Origin: a virus
IMG/VR virus record: IMGVR_UViG_3300033182_000769
Location: 1-64,000 of that record
Length of the DNA: 64,000 nt
Strand: one strand, 5' to 3'
The position numbers were made by a program, and so were the translations under genes. Below, piece after piece: positions 28,931-43,700 of the stretch (its first letter is position 1; every line of letters starts with the position of its first letter). The notes beneath the pieces are model-generated. The model saw nothing but the letters and a program-made list of their open reading frames with translations, was not told the origin of the DNA and searched no databases.

Positions 28931-31057
28931 TTAATACGCTGTTGTAAACTTAGCCGGTCCTGATCTAATAATATAATTTAATGTCTGGAATGGGTTCATA
29001 ATACCTATTGGAGTTCCTAATAAGAAATCTGTACTTGGTGTTTTAATACCGCCCGACTCATTCAAATATTGTGCTTGGCCTGGCGCTGTTGGGCCTAAGC
29101 CTGTTACACCCGGAGGACTAATAGCAGTATCAATACGTAATCCAGCATACTGTACACCATTTGCTGTCATATCGTGGCTGTGTTCTGGCAAGTTACCAAG
29201 TGTTAACGATACAGAGTTCTGACCTGCGGTTGCTGCTAATGTACTTCCTTCAATACCTTCAACACGAGCAGGACTTGGTTCGCCGCCGCCTGCATCAACG
29301 AAGCCGCCGGTTGCGTTTGGTACTGTTTGGCCATTATCCATATTATGTTTACCGAGTGGGAATCTGCCTCGTAAGTCTGGTATTCTGTATGTACCAACTC
29401 CACTTAACGTTGCCAAACCATTGAACTTAGTTCCAATAACATCGTATAGATCTGGATATTTACTACGTTCAACTTCGGAGCCATCACAAAGCAGGTATCC
29501 ATACGGTGCAGAGGTTCCTGCAAACGGCATAATAGTTCCAATTGGTACGCCTAAATCTCCTACAAATACATCTCGTGTTTCTTTAATAAGACCTGTACTT
29601 CCTCTATATACAAGAACATAATCGCCTTTTTCCGAAACATTAGGATTTGGAGTGTCTTTACTGCTAATAATATTTGCAGTTAATGATGTATTAAATACTT
29701 TAGTATAACTACCAACTTGTCCGTCAAATGTGATAGCAGGAGCAATTACGTCTCCTGTCATTGAAAAACTTGTAACGTTTTTTAAGTTTGTTGCAGTATT
29801 CGCATTACCTGTAATATTACCGTCAATTGTACCGACAATAGTGTCTGCAATAATTGACTTTGCTCGTACATTATTCCAACGTAACTCTTCAGTACCTAAA
29901 TCATAAGTATCTAACGCTGACGGAACAACATTTTTAGTTTGTGTTACACCGTCAACTAATAAACCATTACCAACGATGATACTCTTTGAAACCGAAAGGC
30001 CGCCTGCTGTTCTAATTGAACCGCTGTTTAAACTTAAACTTTCGTCAGTGTTTGTAACAACAATATTTCCAGTAAACGCTGCATCACCGTCTACATCTAA
30101 TGTACTATCAGGCGATGCCTTGTTAATTCCTACTCTATCTTCAATAACACGAAGAACAGTTGCTGGAATTCCATCTCGGTTTGTTTGTAAGTCTAATGAG
30201 CTACCTGCTGCTGAATTATAAATTTTTGCAGAGGTTGTAGATGTTGAAATGTTTAAGTTACCGTCAACACCAACAATGATGCCGCTATTGTTTCTAACGT
30301 TAAAGCCGTATTCAGTTGTATTGATTTGGTCTGTACGTAAGAACTTTCCTGCTTCAACTTCGGTTCCATTTACATTTAATGCATCTGCATTTTGTGCTGT
30401 GCCAATTAACTTAGGTAAGTTTCCACCTGCAAATATTGACGCAAATTCAGTTGCTTCTGTAGTTGTTGCAGGCTGTGCAATATTAATACCAGACTTAACT
30501 GTTGTAAATCCGCTAATACCAATTTTTGGCGTAAACGAATCTTTAGAAACAATTGCAACAGGAATATCTGCAATATAAAAAATTAAAATACTTTTATCGA
30601 GGTTGTCAGAGTCAGCAATTGTTTCTACCGCTGGGCCGTAACGTAACCCGTCAATAGTACTTTCGCTCGGACCAACAAGCAACCAACGTGTACCGGTGTA
30701 AATTCTTAACTGTTGGTTAGTTGTGTCAACCCATAGTTCACCAACTTTTGAGTTTTCAACTGACGGTTCAGTTGGTGACTTTTGAATGTTAGATGCTGCT
30801 TTCCAGTTTGTATTATCCCAAATCTGTAACACACCGTTTTCAGTATCAAACCACAACTGCCCCTCAATTGGATTAATTGGCGCAGTGTCGCTTGCAAAAT
30901 TTTCTAATAGGTGTAAAAAGTTTTCGCCTATGATCTGACCATAACCGGTAACATTACGTCCTGGCAACGTAATACTTGTATCTTGACTTGAAGTATTATC
31001 GTATACTGTTATTGGTGTTTTGTTTTCGCTGTCTGTAAAATTAACAATATATGGCAT
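28931..31057 (-). CDS. Short tail fibre-like protein with tail collar domain
   Basis: PIGTIMPFAG..APYGYLLCDG..YPDLYDVIG..PDLRGRFP and C-terminal NPFQTLNYII. Confidence 0.85.
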   Translation of the reverse strand: MPYIVNFTDSENKTPITVYDNTSSQDTSITLPGRNVTGYGQIIGENFLHLLENFASDTAPINPIEGQLWFDTENGVLQIWDNTNWKAASNIQKSPTEPSVENSKVGELWVDTTNQQLRIYTGTRWLLVGPSESTIDGLRYGPAVETIADSDNLDKSILIFYIADIPVAIVSKDSFTPKIGISGFTTVKSGINIAQPATTTEATEFASIFAGGNLPKLIGTAQNADALNVNGTEVEAGKFLRTDQINTTEYGFNVRNNSGIIVGVDGNLNISTSTTSAKIYNSAAGSSLDLQTNRDGIPATVLRVIEDRVGINKASPDSTLDVDGDAAFTGNIVVTNTDESLSLNSGSIRTAGGLSVSKSIIVGNGLLVDGVTQTKNVVPSALDTYDLGTEELRWNNVRAKSIIADTIVGTIDGNITGNANTATNLKNVTSFSMTGDVIAPAITFDGQVGSYTKVFNTSLTANIISSKDTPNPNVSEKGDYVLVYRGSTGLIKETRDVFVGDLGVPIGTIMPFAGTSAPYGYLLCDGSEVERSKYPDLYDVIGTKFNGLATLSGVGTYRIPDLRGRFPLGKHNMDNGQTVPNATGGFVDAGGGEPSPARVEGIEGSTLAATAGQNSVSLTLGNLPEHSHDMTANGVQYAGLRIDTAISPPGVTGLGPTAPGQAQYLNESGGIKTPSTDFLLGTPIGIMNPFQTLNYIIRSGPAKFTTAY

Positions 31058-31059
31058 CG

Positions 31060-31701
31060 TTATACCTCAGTAAATCCAGTTAAACTTTGTACACGGATTG
31101 TATAGTCAATCTGTAATAATCTGTTCAGTGATTTCTGAACAGGGTGGAAAACAACATGAGTTAGTAACTTTCCAGTTCCGGTTGGATTAAACGATTTTAA
31201 TCCTAACTCGTCAAACACAAAGTTACCGTCCATATCTACACTATTATCAAACGCTTCTTGGTCTGTAGGCTCGCCGTAATCGAGCACACACGAAATAATA
31301 ATATCACTGTAGGTTGCACCAGCAACGTGTCGAATTTCCATCTTATTTCTTACCGGATCTGTATTTTCAACAGCATTTTGGTCTACTACTTTAGTGTATG
31401 TTTGATTATATAAGTTAGAATTTACGCCAACTGTATTAGGTGTAAGATATGTAATAAGGCCTGTTGGATCTACACTGGTACCTCCAGTTCCAAATGCCAT
31501 TTCATATATTGTACCCTGACCTTGATTTGAAAGACTGTTCACCATTGCAACACTCATATTTTCATAATGTATAGCGTTGCGTTTGTCAATAAAGACTTCG
31601 CCTGATTTAGGATCGAAAATCTTTATATGACCTTCAAAGTGAAAACCTCCTGTTTCGTTTGGACGGGTTTCTTGTTTTACGGGTTTTTCTGTGTTTGCCA
31701 T
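31060..31701 (-). CDS. Virion structural (baseplate) protein
   Basis: GHIKIFD..KRNAIH, FDELGL and LLTHVVFHPVQKSLNR..YT.R; TAAATA at 31727-31732; start at 31701 or 31722. Confidence 0.65.
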   Translation of the reverse strand: MANTEKPVKQETRPNETGGFHFEGHIKIFDPKSGEVFIDKRNAIHYENMSVAMVNSLSNQGQGTIYEMAFGTGGTSVDPTGLITYLTPNTVGVNSNLYNQTYTKVVDQNAVENTDPVRNKMEIRHVAGATYSDIIISCVLDYGEPTDQEAFDNSVDMDGNFVFDELGLKSFNPTGTGKLLTHVVFHPVQKSLNRLLQIDYTIRVQSLTGFTEV

Positions 31702-31729
31702 TTTCGTCTCTTTGGTTTCCATAGTGTAT

Positions 31730-34700
31730 TTATTCGGGTAGTTTCGATGTCTTATCTGCAATGAATTTAGCAATTGCAGATTTGTTTTCTAACAGAGTTT
31801 CGCCGGTTGTCGCTGTCTCAGATCCTCTATCATACCACGTTTTTCCTGATCGTGAAATAATCAGTATTCTTGTTCCTGCAGGTGGCGGCTCTGTTAATCT
31901 AATGTATTCGTCGGTGCCATTAACACTAAATTGGGCTTCTACTTCTATGTCGCCCTGTGGACTTGTTGCGCCTAAATCTTCGTGATAAACACTCATAGGT
32001 GCTTTTCTTAACCTACTTCCGCCTGCAAATACTTCAAGAGTATCGCACTGTCCGTATTCTGCAGGAATAGTATCTCTATGCCAGTTAGAAATATTACTCT
32101 TTGTTGGAACAAATCCAAGAGGTCCAATTAGCGTACTGCTGCCGTCGCTATAGAAATCATATCTTTCCTGGGTCTCTTTATAAGGAAGTGTTTCTGATAC
32201 ACCACCATTTGTAACTAATGTTCCAACTTTTGATATATCTTTAATTGCTGTTCCAAATGCACCACGTCTTAACTGTGAAAGAATATTTCCAGTTTTCTGC
32301 ATATATTCGATCTTCTCGTTATTAATAATAACAACGCCCGGTTGGTTCTTACTCGGGACAGGATCATCTAACTCTGTAGCATCGTTGACTTCAATTGTCA
32401 AGTCATAATAAAGTAAATCTTTAGCAAGCTCTACGTCTGCTGCAGAATAACGTTTATAATGGTAAACATTTAACATATCCTTTTGAATCTCAAATGCACT
32501 TGGAAGTCTGTAAATTTTAGATCCAAAAACTACTGTTTTAATTAAATCAGTGTCTACACTATCAACTAACAAATAAACTACGTTCTTACCCCTGTCTACA
32601 GAATAATCAATATCCTGAGTCAAACGTTCTCCATTTTTATACACCCATACATATGAAACATCTAATGGAGTTCTTGCTAATTGATAGAAGACTTTACCAC
32701 CGGTAGTTTCGTCGGAGATCATATCCATAGATGGATACTCGCCAAACCAAATAATTGATATTTCATCACCTAAGTTCATGTTAACATTGTCGTGAATTAG
32801 AATGTTGTTACCAAATAACTCAAACTCAGCTCTAAAGTTATTTTCAATCTTAATACTGTCGCCGACAGTTACCGCTGTTTCTTCAATCGTTAATTCTTTA
32901 GTTGTACCATCATATACATAGTCTTGAATAAATGTTAATCTTTCATTATTAACAAACACTTTAATGTTTTCAGGAAGTATTGCGCCAGGTGCTTCGTACG
33001 GATCGTTACCGAGTGTAAATTTACGGTTAGTGCCGTCATATACTTCAAAAATAGTATCCGGACCTTGTAATGCTCTGCCATTAACTTCAGCAATAATTGA
33101 CGAAAGTGCAGATCCTCTCGACAAGTCAACAAACGTGTCAATATCAACACTTCGTGTACTACCTTCATACTGTGTAACTTGTTGTCCAACCCTAACAATA
33201 GATTGCTGACTTGAATCAACATCTAATGCTGCTCCCAAACAAACAATTTTAATTGCTGCAAGATTTGGGGGATTCTCTGCAAACTGTACTAAAGTCTTAT
33301 CTACAGCATCAGTAACATCTGTACTATTAATAAAACCAGCATCAACTGATACACCATTAACTGTAACAAATACAGATGATGTTTTATCATATGGTGCATT
33401 TGTCTGGAATAACGAAGTGTCACCGTCTGCTTCAAACTTTTGATAGTCTAATATTTCAATACCGCCAATATTTACTGATAGTATTTCGATTACCTCGCCT
33501 TCAAGTGGAGCATTTACTAATACAATTCTATTTGTATTCAAATCAACATCATAATCTGTATTAAGAACCTGTTGAACTTTATTAACGTAAACCATTACAG
33601 ATTTACTTTCTAAAATATTTTGACCTACTTCATACTCTCTTGTTGAGCCGTCTGACAATATTGTCTTAGATTTTAATGCAGCCGTGCCATAGATTGAACT
33701 ATGGAATACTTTAATACTAACACTATCAAGAACTTGCCCTGGAACGTTTTCTTCCGGAGACTGTATTTGATCTGGACTAATGAACTTATCGCCGTCGACA
33801 ACAATCTCTTCAGATGTTTTACCAGTAGCGGTACTATATGCGCCGCTCATTGTAGAAAGTGTACCGCCCGATACTCGAGCGTCAATCAAGTTAGGGTCTG
33901 TAATAGTTACAGAACCATCCGACTCTTCTGGTCTAAATATTAAAATATCACCGGGATCTGTTTGGACATACTGGCCAATTTCAATTACAGCAGTAGAACC
34001 GTCACCTATAAAGGTTGGCATTTGAGCGTGTGGGTTGGTTGTTGAAGTACTATCCCAGTTATCGCTATAAGCAGGATCGTCAATTCTTAAAATAGGAGTA
34101 TCATCGATGCCTTCATCCCACTGTAAATCATTAATTGACGGAGGAGAAGTTCTTCTATATTTTTTCAAATAGATTGTAATTATCTTTCCATCTAACGGTA
34201 TATATGGCAATGTTACAAACGTTGTACTACCGTCACAAATAACATAGTAATCACTTGCTGCATCAACACTATCCCATCCATCAGTAAACCAAGGCAAAGC
34301 GTCCCAACCGCCAGTTACTTCAAATGTTGTACCTTGAACTTGTACTCCGCCAAAGTCGATGCCAGTCATTAATTGACCTAACTCTTTACCTTTCATTCCT
34401 GATGACGGATTATAGTACTTGTCTATTCTATTAACGCTATCTAATATCTGATCGTTTTTCTCGTAAAAAATTTCAATCACATCTCCTTTTACAGGAGCAA
34501 TATTAAATTTTAAATTTCCTTCAAGCATACTGTAACCAGTATTTGTAGACAAAGAGTACAAATTAATTGTATACTCGCTACTTAAAACAACCTGTCCATT
34601 ATTAGTAATAACAATTTTACTTTTATCTCTTGACGGCGGATATGTTAATTTGAAAATTGCCGTTTGTCCAGTGGCGATAAATGTCTCATTGAAATTAAAT

Positions 34701-37700
34701 TCTCTATAGGTACCTTCTTTGTTTATCCTGTCAAACTTAACACCTAAATTAAATGTTCTCGCTGTAGAGTTACCTAATATTGCCACAGCGGTTGCAACTT
34801 CTGCACCGTTTGGATTTCCGCCTACTAAAGTAATTGTAGCGTATGTGTAACCTTTACCTGGTTTTGTAACCTTAATTCCGCCTACTTTACTATTTGTAAC
34901 GTATGCTATTGCCTCGGCGCCAGTGCCGTCACCTTCAATTAGCACTCTTGGTACGCTGCTATATTCGGCGCCGGATGATGAAAGTTGAATATTTGTTATT
35001 TCATAACCTTTATTATCTAACCAGAACTTCCAAGGATAATTATTAATCTCATCATTCTTCTGTGTTACAGGAATCACTGCGCCTACAGACTCAAGATATG
35101 CAGGAGGTAGATCAAAATCACTAAATGCTGTTGGAATGTCTGCTACATCTTCGTACTTACTTGTATATTTTCTAATACTCGTTCTGTACGGTTTAACCTC
35201 TTCAATGTACTGTCTAAAATAATCAAGCCCGTCGCTCTTATAATTTGTTCTGCGACAGAAACAACCAACTGTGTGGGTTGCATTTAAGAAACTTGTTTTA
35301 AATACCCAATCAATATATGTCTGTTCTGCTAATGCATATCGAATTGATGTAAAGAATAACTCATTCCACTTGATTTCGTATTCGTGTAAGAACACATCCT
35401 CTTTAAGTGCCGCTAAAAGAAAACGTAATTCTTTTGAATTCTCAATATCATACAACCCTGTATCAAACGACTTTGCATTATCGTAACCAATACCAGACAA
35501 TGACGAATCGTAAATTGCCGGAAGTATTTCAATAGTTCCTTGATATCGTCCGACTAACGAATAATTATCAAACGGTGTAGTTGGCGATTCTGCAATTTTT
35601 TCAAATACTGCCCATCCACCTGCGCCATATTCTTTAATTTTAATCAAATCACCAACTTTGGTCTTAATTTTGGCTTCATCTGATACAAACATTAATTCCT
35701 TTGTAATACGAGAAGAATTGTTGTAGCCGGCTTTCCACCAATCTTTAAACTGCCAGTATCGTGTAGTATCGTATGCTTGTGAACGTGTCCTATAAAACGT
35801 TTGTCTTGCTGAATCCCAAGCATAAATTCCCCAAAAACCATTTGAGTTTTCGTCTGCTTCAACAAGAACGCTAAACGGTCTTACTTTTGCTCTTGCTACA
35901 GAGTATTTTTTACCGGATGTTATCACAGTTACGCTATTAATTCTTCCTTGATTGTCAATAGTTAACTCTGCAGACGCTCCTGAACCATCACCTTCCCACT
36001 CGATCTGAGGTGCAACTTTGTATCCATATCCAGGATTAATAATATCAATGCTGGTTACTGCACCATCAATAATATTAACTCTTAAAATTGCTTGTCTAAC
36101 ACGAGTTGTACCAACAGTTTGTAAATCAATATAAGACGGGACAACCGTATCATAATTTCTCAATAACGGGTCTGGTGCTTGTTCTACCTGATTTAAATTA
36201 TCAAAACTAATAGTATTTGCAAACGGCTGCTCCATTAATATTACATTAACCTTATCAACAAGCATTTCTAACAATGGCAGTCGATTAACAAACATACTTT
36301 GTCTTGGTCTAAAGGCTAACCCATATTTTTGTTTGGCAGGTAAGTATGGATCTGGTACTGTATTGCCTTCTTTATCGTAACCGGCTAAACTATCAATCCA
36401 TTTTTCTTCTAATTTACCAGTAGGTCTGCTTTCTGCAATGCCTTCAGTTAATAACTGATACTCGTTATGAATATTATTTTCCGATTCTATATTCTTATAC
36501 AATTGAATATTCAATAACGCGGTATCATTCTGCATAATAGAATTAATATTGTAAGTAAAAATCTTATCGCTATCTGCTAATACTGCAAATACATAACCTT
36601 GGCCTGCAGGATCATTAATAGCATTTGCCACCTGAGCTGCGGATATTCTGCGACCTACAACGTCTTGAGGTACTACTACGGTGTTCTTAACCCAATAGTA
36701 GTACATTCTACCAATTACTGCTCCTGTTTGAGGATTATACGTCTCTTTAACACTATAAACAATATTATCAATATTTTTTGGCGTTCCTGAAATTCCTTCT
36801 GCTAAACCTTCAGTAATGTCAGCAAGCCCGTACCACTCGCTTGGTAATAGAGGAGACTCAACCCACTCGTAAACGTCAATGACTGAGCCTTCGGCCTGTG
36901 TATTCCAATTACCTAATCTATAAGACAAATCGCCTTGTTCGTAATGTAGCCATTTAACAGTGCTTAAATCCCACCATAACTGACCAACATTTTTAGTTGT
37001 CCATGCAGTGTCTGCATCAACATTTACATCGTCAGTTCCAACTGTATAAGTTGCTGGGTCGTACGGTGTCTGGAATCGTATTTCTTGATCTGCTGCTCGA
37101 AGAATACGCATTTTAACAGGATCTATTATTTCAATGTCTTGTATTTTAATGTTATCTACGTTATCATACAATTCAATACTCTTAATTTTATCAATCCAAA
37201 CAAGCGGCTTCTTGCTTTCCATAGTAGCCCACGAGTTAACTGTTAAACTCTTCTTAAATGTTCTTACGGTACCTGTTTCGGAGCCATACTCGAGTACATT
37301 TTCGTCATCTCTATCTCTGTAAGTAGGAGAGCCTACTGCAATTACGGAGTCTGAGCAATCAACACTCCATCCGAATGATTCATTAAGGCTGAGGTTGTCT
37401 TCTAATTTTTCAGTTAAGAAATACTTATTTCCACGTAACTCAAATACATAAACACTTCCAGCAAAGCCAGCCTCACTAATAAACGATGTTCTCTCTTCGT
37501 CGAATGAGGTATTAAACCCATCAAAGCGTGTTATTGATGTGTAAGGAGTATTGTTCGCTCCAATAACAATCCTACCCGACGTTGGGCTAATAGAAACACT
37601 TTGTCCAAAATACTCGCTTGGGAACTGTTCGTAACTTTCAATCTTTTGTTTTAGTCTAAACTGCATAAACGAACTATCTGATTCGTATTTAAAGATGTAT

Positions 37701-40700
37701 GCAGAGCCTTGATTTTGATAGTTAATATCTGCTTTAGGACTTGAAACAATAAACGTTGTTCCAGAAAAGTCGATATCTAACGAATGTCCAAATCTATCAC
37801 CTGAGTTTATTGATTCTCCTTCTACATCGCTAATATCATCTAAACTATCAGTAGTAATAGTTTGTTCTAACGCATAGAATCCAAAATCGTTACGTCTATA
37901 AACAAAAACTTTACCTGCTTCTACTCTTGTACTATCGCCAATCTCCTCCCAAGGCATTCCGCCCGGCTCTTGATTATAACTTGTTGCTACGCCTTCGGAT
38001 AATCTTTGATATGTAGTATCGTACGCAACGACATCGCCTTCTTTATATTCTAAGTCTGGTCTCCATACTCCTCTAAAGTTTGGAAAATGCTGACCGTCTG
38101 CTTTAGGTGCGCTAACCAATAGAACCGATCCGTCATAGTTCATTTTAACTCGTGTACCAAACTCATCGCCATACTTGAGTAGTTCGGATAATTGGTTGTC
38201 GTCTAATACACCAGACATTAATGTAGATCCGTCGTCGTGTATTGATAAACTATGTGGCAACGAATTCTGAGTTGCCACAGGATCCATTGGCACCCAGTCA
38301 ACCGGTGCCGCACTAATTAAATTATCGTAATCATTACTGTATAAATCTTTTGCGGCATAGTAAGTTTGCTCTTCCCAATAAACAACGCTACCTTTCGGAT
38401 AGAACGATACTGCCATAACTTCTGTTGTGATTGGCGGAACTTCTTGGTTAAGTATGTATACTCCATTTCCTTTTGTCGCACCACTATATTGAGAAATAAT
38501 AGTAGTGCCATCTGTAACGCCAGGTCCTGATAAAATCATACCTAACTCTATTGAGTCAATTGTTGAATCTGTGCCTAATTCCTCAACTGTTACTGATGGT
38601 GTTCCATCTGGCATTGTAGCAAACGTGCCTGTAAAATAGGCGCCGGGATTATAAATTCCTTTATAATTTTTATTTTCTTTAAAATGCCACTTAATAGCAG
38701 TATTGTAATCAAACAAATAAACTCGACCAGTATTTTCTACTGCGCCAATTGCTGACACTGCCATTGTGTAACCCGTTGATGTTTTAGATAATGTTATATC
38801 CGAACCAAAGAATTCGTTGTTAGTAGGTCTTGGACTTACAATATTATATCTGTGATTCCATTGTTCTTCTGCATATTCATACAACATAACCACACCCTGC
38901 TGAGTGTATCCTGATTTGGTTGCTGTTTCGTAAGATTCTATAACTGTTGCTACTGCCCAGTCTTCACTATACACGTTGATTGAACTTCCGTCGCCTGTAA
39001 TATCTCGTTGTGCCTTCCAAAGTTTTCCATCGTAGTAAACAATGTCGCCTTCTGCATAATATAATTCAGGATCGAATGGTCCTTGGAAGTAGGTTCTCAT
39101 ATCACTTGCTTTAGGGGCACCTACTGCTAACCACTTGTTGTCTGGACTTAGTGCCATTGATAGTCCAAATGATCCTAACATCTTAGAAGTATACCCCGAC
39201 GGCGGCGCAATGATCTGCTTCATTTCCAACCCGCCTCTGATATCAATATAACTCATCACAAAGCCTGATCCTGGCATTGAAACTAAAGTGTTAGTTGTAG
39301 TTGAATTATATAAGACCTTGTAGCCTACTTGTTTTGGGTCAGTAATTCCAAAATCAGTTATATTGGTTGGTTCGTATTGCTTTTGCTTCTTCACAACCTC
39401 CCAGAGACCATTTCCGTTATTGTCTATAAACAATTTAGAGCCGTTCTTTAAGATTGCAGATGCCTCTTCTGGTACATCATCGTATGATGCAAATCGTGCA
39501 GTATCTAACCTATACAGTGTTGTATAAGAACTGTCTTCAATTTCAGGTTCCAACGTTCCTTTTTCAACAGCAATTACAATAGAAAATTTTCCATCAACAA
39601 CAGGTGTACTTAAAACTTTAAAGAATCCATTGATATTAGTTACGCTTTTAATACCAATAATTTCCCCAGCGGTAATAGAGTGGGGCTTGTTCATTTGTAA
39701 AGTTACAGAAATCTTATCATCGTTTAATGCTGCATGAGATACCAACAAGTCTTCTGCCAGGCGAACTCTTAGAACAGTCCACTCGTACCCTTCTTCAAAT
39801 GTTACCCAAATATGATCGTTGTCATATACAGAATTAATATTAATATCTAAAATATCATCACGTCTGGCAACTGCCCAGTCGACTTGCGATAACTTAACGT
39901 ACCCTGCGGTTAAATTTTCTTCAACTTCACTCGATGTTGGGATTATATCTGTAGTGAATGGAATTTGTTTAATTGTAAAATTAGACTCAGGTACTCTATA
40001 GATCTTATCAAAATAATTACCAGATGCATCTTTTACAATTTGTACAGGCTGAGGATTTAGTTCAAAGTTTTCTTTATAAATCTCAACTTCAATTTCTTGG
40101 TGTTGATCTACTCCACCTAACTGTCCAACGCGGAATGCCCATTCTTCGTGCAACGCAACTGCTCCGCCGGCGCTTCTAACACTTAACTTATCAAATACTT
40201 TAGAAACAGAATTAGGAGTTCCCTTTTCTCTAATAAATCCTTGATATAGTTGGAATTGTGTTACGGGATCTTCTGCAAGATTTTCTAAATAGTTTCTCTG
40301 TTGGTAACCAATAGTGTGTCTTGCCAGATCTCTCTGAGACTGGCTTATTCCATCTGTAGACACATCGTAAAAATCTTCAAACTCGTTGATTTTAAAATCA
40401 AAGTTTGGAAGCAACTGTCTTTGCGGATCAGAATCTAATAACGTCCAATTACGTTCACTGAAATTTTCAGTTCCTGTATGATTAAATCTCGAAGTCCAGT
40501 ACTTTGATTTATGCGAAACAATATCGCCTAATCTATAATCTGTATATGGAGACCACGATGCAATGTTAACATTGTCAAAGATAAAGCCCGGTGATGTATA
40601 ATCACCATCCCAGTCTGATGTTCTATAACCTTGCGTTTTAATTCTATCTTGTCTATATCCAGTTTCTTTATTATAAATTACATCGTTAAATACCGACTTG

Positions 40701-43700
40701 TGATCAAAAACTGCCACGTGCTCTTTTAACACATAATAGAATTTAATAAAATATAAACCTTCAGTTGTGTTTGTAGTAGAAATAGTAACTTTCTTAAAAT
40801 CTCTTTTAACATCAATCAACTTTGGATCCAGTGGTTGGCCGTCGCCACGCAATATATTATATTGATAAAAACTATCTAATAAGTTATCTGCAACACCAAC
40901 TTCTATGTTGATCTGCGCAACTTGGGCTGCCGGACTGATTGTGATAATTGAATTATTTGCCCAGTTGTGGCTGGTCCAAAACATAAACTCTTTTGCTGCC
41001 GAAATAAAGTCTTGAGCTACTTTATTTTCATAATCATAGTTTTCAAATACGAATCCTTCTCCTTTTAGATATTGTTCGTATCCTAACATAAAATCAACTA
41101 CATCTTGAATATTTGTAAGTTTCTGACCGTAGCTCAAACGCTGAACCTGAGTTTTGTCAAAAGTTCTACGCCTAAATGCTTCAATCGCTCCCCTTAGAGG
41201 CAACTTAGCAAGTTTTTGCCATTTATTAGTTTCAAATGTTTCTGTTTGATGCGTTTCTAATGCCCTATAATAATCTTGTCTGTACTGTACAATAATACCG
41301 TTATTATACTTCTTATTGCTTGTCCATACAGTAAAGCCTTCACTTACGCCGCCAACGCTTAGTAACGGATCTTTTTGACTTGGCACTGGCTTATAATAAT
41401 TAAACCATGGTTGAATATCATCGTACCCGTTAATAGTCCAGCCGCCAGTTATCTTTGTGATAACCAAACCGCTATAAGTAACACTCTTGATAGGCGCACT
41501 AACATTAAAAATTACATCATAGTTTTCATAAGGAATGTAGATGCTACTATTTGACGCTGACGGGTTTTTACTATCTAACAAATATCTTTGTTTTTCTTTA
41601 TCTACGAATCCTGATAATCTTGTAGATAACATAACATCTGTGTTTAAAATTCTATCTTTAATCTCTTGGACATTGAGCCCATTAGATTTTAAGTAAGCGG
41701 TTAAGTAATTAATCAATCCGCTTGAAAGTGTCTCACCGGCTTTAGGAACATCAAACGTGTCTTTCGTTTGGAACATATTAGTTTCTATGTCAACTAACTG
41801 TCCTGCTAAGTTTCTTGTTGTTGTAGCTCTATTAAGATTCGATGTAATAAAATCAAAAGGACGTAATAATGCCATTGCAGTAGTTATTGCATACGGAAAT
41901 TCAGAACTTGTTCTCCAGGCATACTCTGCCGGAGATATATCGCCAAGTTTAAAACTACCTTGGTTATTAATAAGAGTAAAGTTAGTAACCATACCCGAAT
42001 CTAATGGACTTACTACATTTCCATCATAATCGACTGGGATATACGATGTTAATCCTGGTCTCTTATAACGATCGTATGTGCCTGCTCTGTGCCCGTGTCT
42101 AACAATACCATCTTCTAAGTCTTGCCATAACACTAAGTTACCCTTTGTATAAGGTGCTTTACCGTATTCTTCATCCCACCAGTCGGGCTTCTCTGAAAAC
42201 CCTAACATTTCCCAAGGAGTTAAATTAGGACGAGTTGTGTCATAGAACCAGTCGTAAACACCTCTCCACCAACCTGGCAGGTTAACTTTTGACGCAGGGT
42301 CTGTCATGTTTGAATATGTATATGTGAAACTATTTTCACTATCAAAGTATTCATTAATGGTGTAGTTGATATTAGTATTATTAACCCACTTTAAAAACTC
42401 TTGACTTACAATGTCATCAAGGTCTTGCTTGTCATATAGTCCTTTATAATAATACCCTCCAACTACTTCGTCGTTATCAAATACTTCTACATTATATTCT
42501 ACTTTAATATTATTATAAATTCTATATTCTAATTCTAATAATATATCGTCTCGATAATCACCATACGCTGATACTAAACTACCGTCGTGCCCTTGTATCA
42601 TATTCCTTGGCTCGATGTAAGTGTTATCTGCATACATCATTGGTGTATACTTTTTATACATTCCTAATTTTGTTGGCGTCGGAGGGATATGACAAAATGC
42701 TGTAGATCCGTATTCTCTAATTTGAATTGTATCAAATTCTGCCAAGTCAATAGTAAGTGTAATGAAGCCAAATGTGGCATTAAATGTATAATCTCTGTTA
42801 TGTAATAACTGTTTTCCGTTATGATAAACATAAACAGCACGTCGACTTAGTTCTGTAAGATCAAACTTTTCAGTCAGAGCAAATGTTTTTATACCTTCAT
42901 CTTCTACTACATAATCAATAGAATTATAAGCACCACTACCGATCATATCCATGTCAGCAAATGGACTTTTTATACTCTTGGCAAGAGTCATACTATTCAT
43001 AATTTCATCCACAAAATCTGGAATGTTTTCATTGAATTCTAACTCAAGTGCTCTGGATAAAAAGTTGTTCTTAAATGTAACATAGGCCTGTTTTGCATAC
43101 TGAATTGCCTTTACAACACTATCAGTTTTACTACAAAGCATATTAACAGAGATTGGTGTTAAACCAGCGTGTTTCATAAAACGCTTTGAATGTTGCCGAT
43201 AATCACCCAAGTCTCTTAAATTTGAGTTTCCTGGCAATTTTCCAACAAACTCGTCATTAAACTCTAAAGCAGACGCAATGTGATCAGTTGCTTGCCCTAA
43301 TGTAAAACTTGTTAAACTGTCGTTCAGCGGGTTTTTTTCTAATCCTACAGGAAATTCATAATATCCATCTTCAGGATCTACATCTCCAATAATTTTAACA
43401 CTAACTACATCGTTTTCAACAAACGTTGTACTATCAAACGTAAAAGTATTTCTAACTCTTGTATAAGTGTCATGGAGCCTTTCGCCATTAAGATAAAAAT
43501 TAATCTTCCTATTAGGATCTTTATCTAACTCGTCCCAGTCGACAGAAAATAAAGTTGCTCCTGATGTTTCACGAATTAATACAGTGCTATCAAGAATAGG
43601 TTGAATAAAATCGTTACTCGTTCTTATCCAGCCGTTCTGATACTCGTTCTCCATTTTATAGAAGCCAGTAGCAACTTTCTTAGAATACTCTTTTTGCAAT

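Noticed and set aside
22622-31057. Diversity-generating retroelement or invertible fibre-tip system
   Set aside because: No reverse transcriptase, invertase or template/variable repeat pair seen
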